DNA of 64,000 nucleotides, from NCBI GenBank assembly GCA_002269645.1, contig NIVC01001668.1, positions 124,001 to 188,000 on the forward strand, read 5' to 3'. Both the position numbers and the translations under genes were made by a program. Of the stretch, positions 25,626 to 38,442 are shown in pieces. The notes beneath the pieces were generated by a model that saw nothing but the letters and a program-made list of their open reading frames with translations, was not told the origin of the DNA and did no database searches. How positions within the stretch are numbered: the first letter of the stretch is position 1; every line of letters starts with the position of its first letter. This DNA comes from Macrostomum lignano (taxonomy: Eukaryota).

Positions 25626-27183
25626 TGAAACGAAAAATTTATATGGGTTTTTCCCATATTATCGTTTCCTTCTGCCAACAGTTCAGGAAGACAACGAACA
25701 ATGGACCTTGATGGTAACTTTCTCTGTGTGATCTCTAGAGTCACATTCTCAAACTTCAGGCGAGGATCTTTCCTCTTCAATCAGTATATTTTATAAGCTA
25801 GCACACTGTACGCGAGCAACGAGGAATAGGAGCAGTAGGGAGAGAGAGTGGGATTTCGAGGCCCAATAGGCAGTGTCGGTCAGAGGTTGTGCATGCATCA
25901 CGCGAGGGTCGCATGGCTGGGCTTCTTGCTCGCCGATCATCAGGACTATTTTTAGGCATGCAGATCTTGTGCATCTGGGGAGTTGCTGCCAAGGCTGGAT
26001 GCTTGTTCACGCATCACGCGCGTGTCGGCTGATTTCTCCCATCCTCTTGCTAACGGCGCCTTCGTTTCACTTCAGTCGCTCTTTTTTCAGGGAAGCGAGG
26101 CCCTCCGAGCTCTGTTGAAAATAAGCTTGGAGCAATGATGACATGGCGTACAGTTGTGCATTTGCTTGCGATACGCAGTCCCACTTGGTAACTTGCAATT
26201 GAGTTGATGTTGTTGAAACACGAAACTTGGTCAAGGGGCAAAGTGAACTTGTGACAACAGTGGATGAATTGTACCAGCATATCCTCTTGACTATTTAATC
26301 AGATCTGAGAGGGGGGTTGACGTGAACTCGGAAACTCGACAAATTGAATGGGCTTTTCGATGCCCTAAACAGTGACGCAAATAGGACTGGACACGGAGAC
26401 TCGACAAATTGAAACAGCGTCTGGTAGACAGTCAGATCGGGATGCTGGCTGAAGGTACATTGCAGTTAAATAGGACGTCGGAAAAATACCGTCTTGACCA
26501 AATTGATTGTGTAGATCTCTCAACGAAAGTTTCTTCTTGGAAGGGTAAACTGCGTCGCTTCTTGATCTTCGTCCATTGGTCTTGTTTAGTTCGAAGTCTT
26601 CCTTTACTGAAGGCAGGAAAGTCTCAGTTCTCGATTCATTCGAATGGCTGTTGAAGACATGCAGCAGAGCGATAACTGCATGGTATCTGAGACTTCTGTC
26701 TAGCGGCGACTCACGCGGTCAGTGGAACCAATTGAAACGAAAAATTATATTGGTTTTTCCCATATTATAATCGTTTCCTTCTGCCAACAGTTAAGGAAGA
26801 CAACGAACAATGGACCTCGATGGTAACTTTCTCTGTGTGATCTCTAGAGTCACATTCTCAAACTTCAGGCGAGGATCTTTCCTCTTCAATCAGTATATTT
26901 TATAAGCTAGCACACTGTACGCGAGCAACGAGGAATAGGAGCAGTAGGGAGAGAGAGTGGGATTTCGAGGCCCAATAGGCAGTGTCGGTCAGAGGTTGTG
27001 CATGCATCACGCGAGGGTCGCATGGCTGGGCTTCTTGCTCGCCGATCATCAGGACTATTTTTAGGCATGCAGATCTTGTGCATCTGGGGAGTTGCTGCCA
27101 AGGCTGGATGCTTGTTCACGCATCACGCGCGTGTCGGCTGATTTCTCCCATCCTCTTGCTAACGGCGCCTTCGTTTCACTTCA
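25626..27183 (-). mobile_element. Non-autonomous LTR retroelement (TRIM/LARD-like), 1558 bp
   Basis: Near-identical direct repeats 25626-26074 and 26733-27183 with TG...CA ends; 4-bp TSD ATCT; minus-strand PBS TGGTTCCACTGACCG just inside the 5' LTR; purine tract GAAAAAAGAG before the 3' LTR; no recognisable gag/pol. Confidence 0.85.
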
Positions 27184-27293
27184 ATCTAAATAGCGCCACA
27201 TCTGATTAGCGCCACATCTAAATAGCGCCACATCTGATTATCGTCATATCTGATTAGCGCCACATCCAATCATCTAATTGGATGATTAGCTAA

Positions 27294-27447
<154 letters not shown>

Positions 27448-27480
27448 CCGGTCGGCCTCCCTGCCTGTCTAAAACACTAT

Positions 27481-27584
27481 GGGGTCGTACTATAAAGCTG
27501 TCGTAGCGTAAGTTCGAACGTACGTACTGCGGAGATAGGAGCTAAGAACGATCTTATCTTACGATGGCGTTATAGAACGGGCCC
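27481..27584. mobile_element. Possible PIF/Harbinger-like mini-MITE
   Basis: Imperfect TIRs GGGGTCGTACTATAAAGCTGTCGT vs GGGCCCGTTCTATAACGCCATCGT (18/24); flanks TAT / TAA. Confidence 0.4.
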
Positions 27585-28189
27585 TAAGTCTTACGAGCCC
27601 GTATGTCCAGCTTCGCCCAGCCCACCGATAACAAAAACTTCAACTGCGCAGTTTAAAAAACTGGAATCAAAAAGCTAAAATTCCCTATTAAAGCCGGGTC
27701 TCGAATGTCTCTCGCGGTTCTGTCGCCAAAACAGCAGCTCGCACGAAATGCCGCACTGGTTGCTCCTCCCCGCAGGAGTGCCGTCTGCCCACTGTTCGAA
27801 CCAGCCTTCGAGCCAGTCTCGTCCCTTCCCTCCTCCTCAACCTATAAAGAAGCAGTTTTCTCAGTCCCGGTGGCTTCAAAAGAAGCAGCCAAATTCGCAA
27901 CTCGAGGCTTTGAAACGGGGCGTCCAAGCGCTACACACAGCCGGCACCCGCAGCCACGCATAGCAATGGGTTAGCTATAATAAAAAGCGCATCGGGGGTG
28001 GCGCTGTGATGTAGCGGCTGCTTTGGCAGAATAGTATAATTCGATAATGCCCCGCTGGGACAAGGGGGATTAGCCTAATGAGGCCAGCCTAGGCCACTCT
28101 ACTGTATTCGGTGTGGGAGCGTTGGTCAGGATTTCTCATTGCGGGAGGCGCCATTTCTGTTGAGGGGCGCCATTTTTCTCGAGGGGCGC

Positions 28190-28302
28190 CATTTTTCTCG
28201 AGGGGCGCCATTTAACTCGAGGGGCGCTATTAGCACCAGAGGCGCCAGCACCAGAGGCGCCAGCACCAGAGGCGCCAGCACCAGAGGCGCCAGCACCAGA
28301 GG
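28190..28302. repeat. Short GC-rich repeats (GAGGGGCGCCATTT and GGCGCCAGCACCAGA)
   Basis: Direct inspection. Confidence 0.85.
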
Positions 28303-28603
28303 CGAACTCGATGACAACGGGAACTGGAGAACTCAGCTGGGTTGAGGACAGCCAATATACTGTTTTTCCCGCACTAGCGACACACTCGCCTTCCAAATGC
28401 CGCAAACCGGATGTTATGGAGGTAAGCGCAGGAAGAGGCTTAGAGGCAGACGACGGGCAGACGAAGGACGAATTGGCATTTTATTGCGCAGGCGTGGCTT
28501 GCTCACTGATGGAGCCGTAATTTGGTGGGCCACAAATCGTGGAATAGTCTGAGTAAAGAAGCAGGCAGAAAATAAATATCCCATTGGGAATAATTTTAGT
28601 GGA

Positions 28604-29945
28604 AAAGATCTCACTGGGATAAATCTCACTGGGACGAACCTCACTGGTACGAACCTCACTGGTACGAATCTCACTGAGACGAATCTCTCTGAAACGAATC
28701 TCTCTGGGACGAATCTCTCTGGGATGAATCTCTCTGAGACGAATCTCTCTGGGACGAATCTCTCTGGGATGAATCTCTCTGGGATGAATCTCTCTGGGAT
28801 GAATCTCTCTGAGACGAATCTCTCTGGGATGAATCTCTCTGGGATAAATCTCTCTGGGACGAATCTCTCTGGGATGAATCTCTCTGGGATGAATCTCTCT
28901 GAGACGAATCTCTCTGGGATGAATCTCTCTGGGATGAATTTCACTGGGATGAATCTCTCTGGGACGAATCTCTCTGGGATGAATCTCTCTGGGATGAATT
29001 TCACTGGGATGAATCTCTCTGGGATGAATCTCTCTGGGATGAATCTCTCTGAGACGATTCTCTCTGGGACGAATCTCTCTGGGACGAATCTCTCTGGGTT
29101 GAATTTCACTGGGATGAATTTCACTGGGATGAATCTCTCTGGGATGAATTTCACTGGGATGAATCTCTCTGGGATGAATCTCTCTGGGATGAATCTCTCT
29201 GGGACGAATCTCTCTGGGATGAATCTCTCTGGGATGAATTTCACTGGGATGAATCTCTCTGGGACGAATCTCTCTGGGATGAATCTCTCTGGGATGAATT
29301 TCACTGGGATGAATCTCTCTGGGATGAATCTCTCTGGGATGAATCTCTCTGAGACGATTCTCTCTGGGACGAATCTCTCTGGGATGAATCTCTCTGGGAT
29401 GAATCTCTCTGAGACGAATCTCTCTGGGATGAATCTCTCTGGGTTGAATTTCACTGGGATGAATTTCACTGGGATGAATCTCTCTGGGATGAATCTCTCT
29501 GGGATGAATCTCTCTGAGACGAATCTCTCTGGGACGAATCTCTCTGGGTTGAATTTCACTGGGATGAATTTCACTGGGATGAATCTCTCTGGGATGAATC
29601 TCTCTGGGATGAATCTCTCTGAGACGAATCTCTCTGGGACGAATCTCTCTGGGATGAATTTCACTGGGATGAATCTCACTGGGACGAATCTCACTGAGAT
29701 GTATCTCTCTGGGATGAATCTCTCTGAGACGAATCTCTCTGGGACGAATCTCTCTGGGATGAATTTCACTGGGACGAATCTCACTGGGACGAATCTCACT
29801 GGGACTAATCTCACTCGGAAGAATCTTAATGTAACATATCTCACTGGGACGAATCTCCCTGAGACGAATCTCTCTGGGATGAATCTCACTGGGACGAATC
29901 TCACTGGTACGAATCTCACTGGGACGAATCTCACTGAGATGTATC
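28604..29945. repeat. 15-bp minisatellite (GAATCTCTCTGGGAT)n whose + frame reads as pentapeptide-like repeats
   Basis: Direct inspection; the translation is (M/T)N(L/F)(S/T)(G/E). Confidence 0.95.
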
Positions 29946-30699
29946 TCAATCGTAAAAATCTCCGGCAAATCTCAGTGAGACGAATCCAAACATAATGATT
30001 ATCAAGAGAGCAAATCTCAAGGGAAAAGTCTCGAGGATTTAAATCCCAGTGAAAAGCCGGCCATCAAAGCCAGCAGCTGCAACCAGAAGCTGGAGATGGC
30101 TGAGCCAGCGCAGTCAGGCATAAACAAACCAGGTGCAATACAAGCTGAAGGCACAGCGGGGGCCCCTATAATTGCCTGTTTTTTCCGTTCTCAATCTGCA
30201 CTCCTGAGCCCCCTTAAATACCCAATTCCTAGAAATCCATCAACAATTTTGCAATTAGCCAGCCGGCTCAGGCGTCTGCTCAGCTGAGACGCAGCCGAGA
30301 AATCACTGGCTTACCTTTCAATAAGCGGATGCCCCCCCAAAACACGGCCCTCAGCGCTGGCATTCGGGATTTTTATCCTCCCACCCCAACCCCGAAATCC
30401 AGCTACGCTGCGCGGCTGCACAAATCTGTAGCGCCGCAATGGAGTGGGGCAAGTAGGGAGTGGCCGGGAGAGAAATTTAATCCCGAATCAAAGCTGCACC
30501 GGCAGACAATTGAAGCTGCCCTGGCTTTTCTATTTGGATTCGGCTTCGACTTCGGGACTGCGGCCCGGGCGAGATGCGACTTCTTGCGGCTAACTGGGAT
30601 GGAGTGGCGCTTGCACTGCGGCTCCAAGTGCCTGTCTATCTGACTGGGCGGCTGTCTACCTGCCTATCCACCTGCATAATTAATAGTAATGCAAATAAC

Positions 30700-31092
<393 letters not shown>

Positions 31093-31682
31093 TCAACTAG
31101 CTGAATAGTTTAGCAGCTTTCTTCATCAACTTGCATACAGCAGCTGCACAGTGCAGATGTGCAGAAGCCTGCCCTGAGAAGACTGCTATCCAGCACATGT
31201 ATCAATTTGTATCAGCAGCTAATTTTTAGAATTAAGCAAGCAATAAAAAAGTGGCACAAAATTTTGTCTGCACTGCAATTTTAGAGACTAACCCAGCAAA
31301 CTGTTACAATATCTGTAATACGATAAAGATTTTCAATCAACTATATCAAGAAATACCTCGTAGCTGTTGAAAATTACTTAGCCGCACGCAGTTTCCAGTG
31401 TGCTCAAACTTTGAGCAGAGTTAGCCTAGCTGCCTGCACTACCAGCAGTGCAGTAGTCGATGCCATTGTATTGTCCGCGTCGCAACAATATTCAGTGAGA
31501 GTGTTGAGCTTGGTACACTTTCTTCAACGGTGCTCTCCGATTGGAGTCAATCGAGGGTCTCTTGTCGAGAGAAAAAAAAGGTGAACACTGATTGCCTGGA
31601 TTTGCCCCCTCTGCGCTACTCGGTTCGCGGCTTAGGGTGGAAAGCACGCGGTTGCTTAAGATAATCCGCTAGGCTTAGTAGC

Positions 31683-31721
<39 letters not shown>

Positions 31722-32099
31722 CCGGCATTGGCTACCCGGCCTGCAAGCCAGGTCCCGACGCCATTGGACGTCACCAGTAGCTCTTTTGGCGCCCCAATTT
31801 TCATGCTTTTCTCAGCCCGCCAACCCCGAGTTAGAAAAATCCCCATTCCCAGAATTTTTTAATTCGACACGCCCGATCGGCTGCGGGCCAGCCAGGAGCC
31901 GCTGCGGCAAACCGAGTGAGGATTTTCGGGGAAATCAGAAAACTGGGGTCTGCCTCGGGCCAGCAGCTTTCTCGCGTGTTTTTATAGGTCATTTTTGCAG
32001 TAGTTTCGACTTTAAGACATTTTTTAACAAAGCTCTTAGGTTTCAGTCTCAGTGGAGACTGGACACTAAGTGGACAGCGGACACTAAGAAAACTAGGTT

Positions 32100-32730
32100 T
32101 GTGTCTGTGGCTAGTGTCCATCACCATGGGTGTCTGTGGCTAGTGTCTATCACCATGAGTGTCTGTGGCTAGTGTCCATCACCATGAGTGTCTGTGGCTA
32201 GTGTCCATCACCATGGGTGTCTGTGGCTAGTGTCCATCACCAAGAGTGTCTGTGTGGCTAGTGTCCATCACCATGAGTGTCTGTGGCTAGTGTCTATCAC
32301 CATGAGTGTCTGTGGCTAGTGTCCATCACCATGAGTGTCTGTGGCTAGTGTCCATCACCATGGGTGTCTGTGGCTAGTGTCCATCACCATGAGTGTCTGT
32401 AGCTAGTGTCCGTAAGTGTCTGTGGCTAGTGTCCATCACTATGAGTGTCTGTGGCTAGTGTCCATCCCTATGAGTGTCTATGGTTAGTGTCCATCACCAT
32501 GAGTGTCTGTGTGGCTAGTGTCCGTCAGTGTCTGTGGTTAGTGTCCATGAGTGTCTGTGGCTAGTGTCCATGAGTGCATGTGGCTAGTGTCCATGAGTGT
32601 CTGTGGCTAGTGTCCATGAGTGTCTGTAGCTAGTGTCCATGAGTGTCTGTGGCTAGTGTCCATGAGTGTCTGTGGCTAGTGTCCATGAGTGTCTGTGGCT
32701 AGTGTCCATGAGTGTCTGTGGCTAGTGTCC
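32100..32730. repeat. 29-bp then 23-bp minisatellite (GTGTCTGTGGCTAGTGTCCAT[CACCAT]GA)
   Basis: The unit shortens by 6 bp from about 32530. Confidence 0.94.
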
Positions 32731-33402
32731 TACTGTAGTATTTGACGGCCATAATTTTATTTTCTGTTTCAAGGATCCGCTATTGACAGCACAAACATCA
32801 CTGCTGCATTTTCTATCGAAAATGAGAATTCTAGATGAAGTCAGTGCATCACTAATAGATGGACTCATCTCCCAGGTGTGAAAGACTCCCGGGCAATGAA
32901 ATACAAGCCGGCGCAGGTCGAGTCGAAGCTGATTAACCCCAACCAATTATGCTCAAAATAGAGCGCGGAGAGACAGCGATGCAGGAGGAAGGAGGGCGAG
33001 AGAAAAGGAATCTGAGATGCGCAGGCGAGAAGCAGGTCAGTTGAATCGCTGACACTGATTCAGGGCCAGCCAGTCCCCTCAAGCCCCCTCACTTTAGTCC
33101 GGAACCGACTCGAAACGCCTTTTAGAATTGTAACGCGACACGAAAGAAGCGCTGCTACTGCTGCTAGAGAAAGATGGCGGTACTCTAAAGAAGCTGAGCA
33201 GATTAATTTCGAATTCGTTTGGGCTTTTCTCTTTTTTTCTCCATCTGTGAGCCGCGCCATCTCTTTGTATATTAATCTGCAGACCTAAGGAAGAGATCTG
33301 TGCTAAGTACTTTAGAAAATACAGAGCGCAATGGACAATGTTTTGTTATTTGTTTTTGTCGACAAAACAAGTGGAGAAGCGAAGCGAGAGTGTACATGCC
33401 TT

Positions 33403-33513
33403 GAAGATTCGAAAGTCAAAGAGCCGCTGTGTGAGCGTGTGCATGAGTGCGTGCCTGCGTACGGTATGGGCAGAATTGACTCAGCGCTGGTTTTGGGACG
33501 GCGTCACCGAAGG
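33403..33513 (+). repeat. Dispersed module, copy 1 (upstream of receptor A)
   Basis: Shares GTGTGAGC.TGTGCATGAGTGCGTGCCTG.GTAC and TGGGC.GAATTGACTCAGCGCTGGTT.TGGGAC with 38290-38442. Confidence 0.85.
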
Positions 33514-34428
33514 GGCTAATTACATTAAAAGTGCCACTGAAACTTTATAATGAAAATCGAAAATAGTCTTGCTGATTTTCTGCTTATTGAGAAAAAATAC
33601 ACATAGTTTTCTCACCTCGCTACTATCGGGTCATAAGTAGTATTTCGAGCACTAAACTAAAAATGATTTGCAGAATGTGTAAAATGTGCACTGATGCGTG
33701 GGTGTTTATTCTTGAGCACATGGAGGGTAAAGAGAGACAAGATGATGCCAGACCGCCATGACGTCCATCTCTCTGCGTGTTGCTGGGCACTGAGTCCATG
33801 GCTATACTCAGACGAATTCCATTCTCACGACCCCCCGTACACTCTACGTAATACAGGCATGCTGTTAGATAGACAGACATCCAGTAGTGACAGCGGAGGG
33901 TCTAAAGAAGTTCATAAAATTTAAAAGATAGAAGCAATGGCAAACAGAAGCTTATGTTGAAAAACATTGCCCCGCACTAACCGACATTGTCTGCCGTTAT
34001 TTTGAATTTGAATATTTAACGTTAACGGTTTACTGTTTTGAAGAAAGTAAATATTGCTCTATTTAAGAAATGGTGGTATTGCTCAAGGCACATTACAGGA
34101 CCATAGTCAGGAGTTGCATCCATGGGTAATTAGTGTTCACCGAACTTGTATGAGAAAGAATCAATATTTTACAATATTACCGCTTTTGAATTTGAAGAAT
34201 GAAATTAAAATGCAACGGCACACAGCGGGTAGCCATAAATTTGCAAGAACAGTGGAGAGAATGCATGAACTTGAGGGCAATAAAACCACCGATGCAATTA
34301 GCGGCTTGGATGGAATGGAACGGTTACGAGTGTACGGTTGTAAAATTTCAGAGCGTTGAAGAATTGCTGAAAACTTATTTTATAAGTTTGTAAAAATGAA
34401 CAAGCGCAGGGTTTTCGCTGTTGTTTAG

Positions 34429-34854
34429 TTTAAACCACAGATTAGAATAACTAGATGGGCCACTCAGCACATTTGCGTGTGAACTACTTTCAGTTCAGTA
34501 GTAAGTTAAACAGAAGCATTTTAATGTATTTTTAAAGCCAAGGCTCATTTATTGGCTCTTACCCCCAGCTTAAACCCTCCAATCGAGCCTTTCAACACTA
34601 CCCCCCCCCCGCCACCCAATTTTTATTGCCTTTCAGTGGACTGGCTAATGTACATTATTGCTGAACCAATTAGCAAGCTGTTTACGCCTGCAAGCTTGGG
34701 CTTCTAAACTTATCAAAGTCATTTCAGCTGCCTTTATTTTTTATAAAATAGCTTATGTATTCTTCTTTGCTACTGAACTGAAAGTAGAAAGCCTTTTTAC
34801 TAAGCATATATGCCTGAGTGGCTGATCTAGTTATTCTAGTATCTGTGGTTTAAA
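34429..34854. mobile_element. MITE with about 70-bp imperfect TIRs flanked by TTTAAA/TTAA
   Basis: TTTAAA-CCACAGAT(AC)TAGAATAACTAGAT..GCCACTCAG is mirrored at the right end; internal perfect 18-bp inverted pair at 34484-34501 / 34770-34787. Confidence 0.75.
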
Positions 34855-35426
34855 CTCTTGGCTTTTTGTTAGCGCGAAATAATAAATGGTCGAAAAGTCG
34901 AAAAGGATTAAAGCTACCCCCGATTATCAGTTTTCTCGTATCTTTTATTTCAGAATAGTCCAAGAGAAATTGCATAGAGTGGCGACTTTACAATGTTGCT
35001 GAGTATATATTATCCCATTGATAACTAAGTCATATAGATAGGCCTTTACTAAAATTGATGGCAAACACAAAATAGCAATGAGCGCAGCTTGCGATGCCTA
35101 ACTATGGCAAGAAAGGTTCAGACAGCCGTAGAAGCGGACAGAGAAGGAATGAGAGGAGAGAAGAGAGAGAGACAAAGCCAGGGTTAGAAGGATAGACAGT
35201 TCGGCAAAGTTAGAGCTCGAAGATTGGGCAGAAACAAAAGGAATTAAAGATAGCCAGGTATAGAAAAGTTCTCATCTGCTGGCCATGTAGGAAGGAATGT
35301 CGTATCTGTGTATTAATACATAGGCTTCTTCAGGCGCATGCGGTAGGCTGCACATACTGACGCGCCGCTTAAAACACGTACAGCTTTGAGACGGTCAGTC
35401 AACTCATTCCGCAAGTTCAGTACTGA

Positions 35427-35976
35427 ATGATGATGCCAAAGACAGAGCTAGCAGAGCTAGTCGTGCTGAACCTCCTGCTGATGGCATTATCTGTGGCGAA
35501 TGCTCAGAGTCTTGAACGCTGGGCCAGCTCAAAGGAGGTGCCGTTGGGTGGCAGCTTGCGACTCCGCTGCAGCGCCGTCGGTCCGTCGGGTCTAGCGGTC
35601 CGCCTCGCTTGTCCGCTGCTCGCCAAGACTGCTGGGTCGGCGGCGACTTGCTTTGAAGATTGCCAACGATCGCCAAAAGCTGCGACAGTCCCGGAGCTGC
35701 AGACGGCCGCTCGGTGCGAGCTGAGGCGGCGGCAGGTGGCGGCGCCAGGGAGCAGCATGGGCGACTACGGGTGGTCCGAGGTGACGATAGAGTACGAGTT
35801 TTCCGATTTCAGTCAACGATACGATGGAAACTATACCTGCAAGTTCATGCTGCTGCGAGCCGTCAGCACCGTCAAGGTTGCATTGCCAGCGACTGAGTCA
35901 TCGAAGACAAGTGCAGCTTATGCGACAACGCCGGAGCCAAAGAACTCGAAGATTTACGATTCTTCCGATAGTGCAG
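35427..35976 (+). CDS. Orphan type-I membrane protein A, exon 1: signal peptide plus atypical Ig-like domain and S/T stalk
   Basis: Hydrophobic leader LVVLNLLLMALSVANA; Ig-like strands GGSLRLRC and DGNYTC; donor GCA G|GTCAGT at 35977. Confidence 0.8.
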
Positions 35977-36069
35977 GTCAGTAAAACTGAAATTCAAAGA
36001 TTTCTTTTTCAGACGCGGAACAGCTCTTTGATTGAGATTCTCTGAGTCGCCTGAAAGCCACCTTGGATG

Positions 36070-36460
36070 TTAGTATCTAACAGCTAGTGTCTAACAACTA
36101 GTGTCTAACAGCTAGTGTCTAACAACTAGTGTCTAACAGCTAGTGTCTAACAACTAGTGTCTAACAGCTAGTGTCTAATAACTAGTGTCTAACAGCTAGT
36201 GTCTAACAACTAGTGTCTAACAGCTAGTGTCTAACAGCTAATGTCTAACAGCTAGTGTCTAACAGCTAGTATCTAACAGCTAGTTTCTAACAGCTAGTGT
36301 CTAACAGCTAGTGTCTAACAGCTAGTATCTAACAGCTAGTGTCTAACAGCTAGTGTCTAACAGCTTAGTGTCTAACAGCTAGTGTCCAAAACCTAGTGTC
36401 TAACAGCTAGTGTCTAAAAGCTAGTGTCTAACAGCTAGTGTATAACACCAAGTGTCTAAC
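36070..36460. repeat. 14-bp minisatellite (ACAGCTAGTGTCTA)n in receptor A intron 1
   Basis: Direct inspection. Confidence 0.95.
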
Positions 36461-36821
36461 ACTTCCTGAGCAAAAGCGGGGCAGTCACAGATGAAGTGCT
36501 CCGCACTATCAACACTGGCGCAGAGGCATAATGGGCATTCCTCATTGCGGATTTTTCCCGGAGGTAGCAATACCTTGCAGAACAGTCATGGTCCATTTGT
36601 CCCTCCGGTTGAATTTTGCAGCCGTAGACGTCGTGCGAAAGAGTTCAACAGCAGCCGTAAGCAATTCGGCAACTGGAATTGCGAAAAAGGCCAGACCGAC
36701 CGAAGCCCCCCTTGGCGATTGGTTCCGAATGGAAAGTTGTAAGTAATGCTGCTCATATCTGATGCAACACAATCGGCACGTACCCCGGTTAGTTCAAGCT
36801 GATAAGCTTCATTGCTTGCAG

Positions 36822-36962
36822 ATGGACCGATCACACTGGGCCACGTGATCGCAGTCTCGCTAAGCGTAGTCACGCTACTGTTAGTCGCCTGCCTTGCCGC
36901 CGGCCTCGTCAGCTGCTACTGCCGACGAATTCGTCGAAAACGGCGACGCGCAGAATTTACGA
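36822..36962 (+). CDS. Orphan type-I membrane protein A, exon 2: transmembrane helix and Arg-rich stop-transfer
   Basis: TTGCTTGCAG|AT acceptor (phase 1); VIAVSLSVVTLLLVACLAAGLVSCYC followed by RRIRRKRRR; donor ACG A|GTAAGT. Confidence 0.82.
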
Positions 36963-37109
36963 GTAAGTCTTGGATGGTCTTGGATGAATTTTTGCAAGAG
37001 AGACACATCGTCTACTTAAAGTAGAAATATAAGCGTAGCATGCTATTCTTCGTAATGACAAACATTATAACCAGAACTATAAATAGCTTCGCCTGCTCGC
37101 CCCGCGCAG

Positions 37110-37933
37110 TATCGATGGACGGCACAGGTGGCTGGGGCGCCTCGCTGCCGCGCGGCCGGCAGACACCAATCGGCGGCTTCTCAACAGCCGACATCGCAGC
37201 TGCCGCGGCCGCCTCGGTGTCGGCATCAGCCACCTTGCAGGCTGGTGCAGACTCGTCGTGGACTTCATCGCCAATCTACGCCGACGTTGAATCTTCGCCG
37301 CTGATCAGCGGCGGCGGCAGTGCCGGTCATCGACAGAATGCCGCCTTCGGCTCCCAGGGCCGTGGCATCAACGGGGCGGCCGTTGCTGCCGGAAGCAGCA
37401 GCGGTTCGTTCTTCAATCGCGACCAGCTTGGACGTCACTCGTTTCACAGCGTCCGCCAGCAGCACCAGGTGATAAACCGAGGTGCGACCTCATCAGCCGC
37501 TGCGTCGCCCGCGATTCCTAGGCAAAATCCGCTGCATTCTCCTCCATTATCATTCGCTCCATCATCGGATGCTGTACCAGTCCCAATCCTGCAGCTGGTG
37601 GCTGAGCAGCGAGTTGAGATTGACCGGCTCAGCCAGCAGCTGCGCAATTCGCAGAGGCAGTTGAACCAGCTCGTGGCGTCGCACACAGACCTGCACCGGT
37701 GCCTGAGCTCCAGGCAGCTCAACTCAGCTGTTCGGCACAGACACGAGAGCGGTCCGCAGCAGCTGACTAATGAGTACCAGCAGGACCCCAGCCAGGACCG
37801 CTCTATTGTCGGAGGCGTCTACGGCTCCACAGACGCGCTGACGGTGGAGACAATTGACGAAGAATTTGAGGCTGATGGAACTTTGAAAACGCCGGCTCGC
37901 AAGCAGCAGCAGCAACGGCAGCAGTTGCATTAG
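37110..37933 (+). CDS. Orphan type-I membrane protein A, exon 3: cytoplasmic tail with a predicted coiled coil
   Basis: CGCAG|TA acceptor (phase 1). The three exons sum to 1515 nt (504 aa plus stop). Heptad-like LVAEQRVEIDRLSQQLRNSQRQLNQL. Confidence 0.78.
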
Positions 37934-38289
37934 CGGCTTAGGCCATCGTCATTGCGTACTTGTCGCCTTGACTTTTGCCATAGGTAGTATTGGTTTAAAT
38001 CTGATACACCAGTACATGTAACATGTGTAACGCAATCGATCTGCTTATGCTTATGATTTTTGATACACCTGACTAAGCCTCCCTTTACAGTTTAACGTTG
38101 CTATTTAGTAAAAAACCATGACTGATATTGCTATATGCACAAATCAGTGAGAGAGTTTCTTACCGAATACGTCAATCACTGGTTGCTAGGCGAAAGAACG
38201 GTGCTAACAATGTAAATTGAGGGTCAGCAAGAACTATAGTGATAAGGCAGCCACATGCTCAACAACAACAATGCGAGGACGGAGAAGAT

Positions 38290-38442
38290 GACGATTGGAA
38301 GCTCAAGGCCGCTGTGCATCCGGTGTGAGCATGTGCATGAGTGCGTGCCTGAGTACAGAGTATTGGCGCGCTTGTATGCTCAGGAGTCAGTGGGATGGGC
38401 TGAATTGACTCAGCGCTGGTTGTGGGACAATGTCGCCGAAGG
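38290..38442 (+). repeat. Dispersed module, copy 2 (upstream of receptor B)
   Basis: Same blocks as 33403-33513, with a longer central segment. Confidence 0.85.

Noticed and set aside
27688-27974. Three overlapping short ORFs
   Set aside because: No recognisable domain and no convincing splice-site pair; left unannotated.
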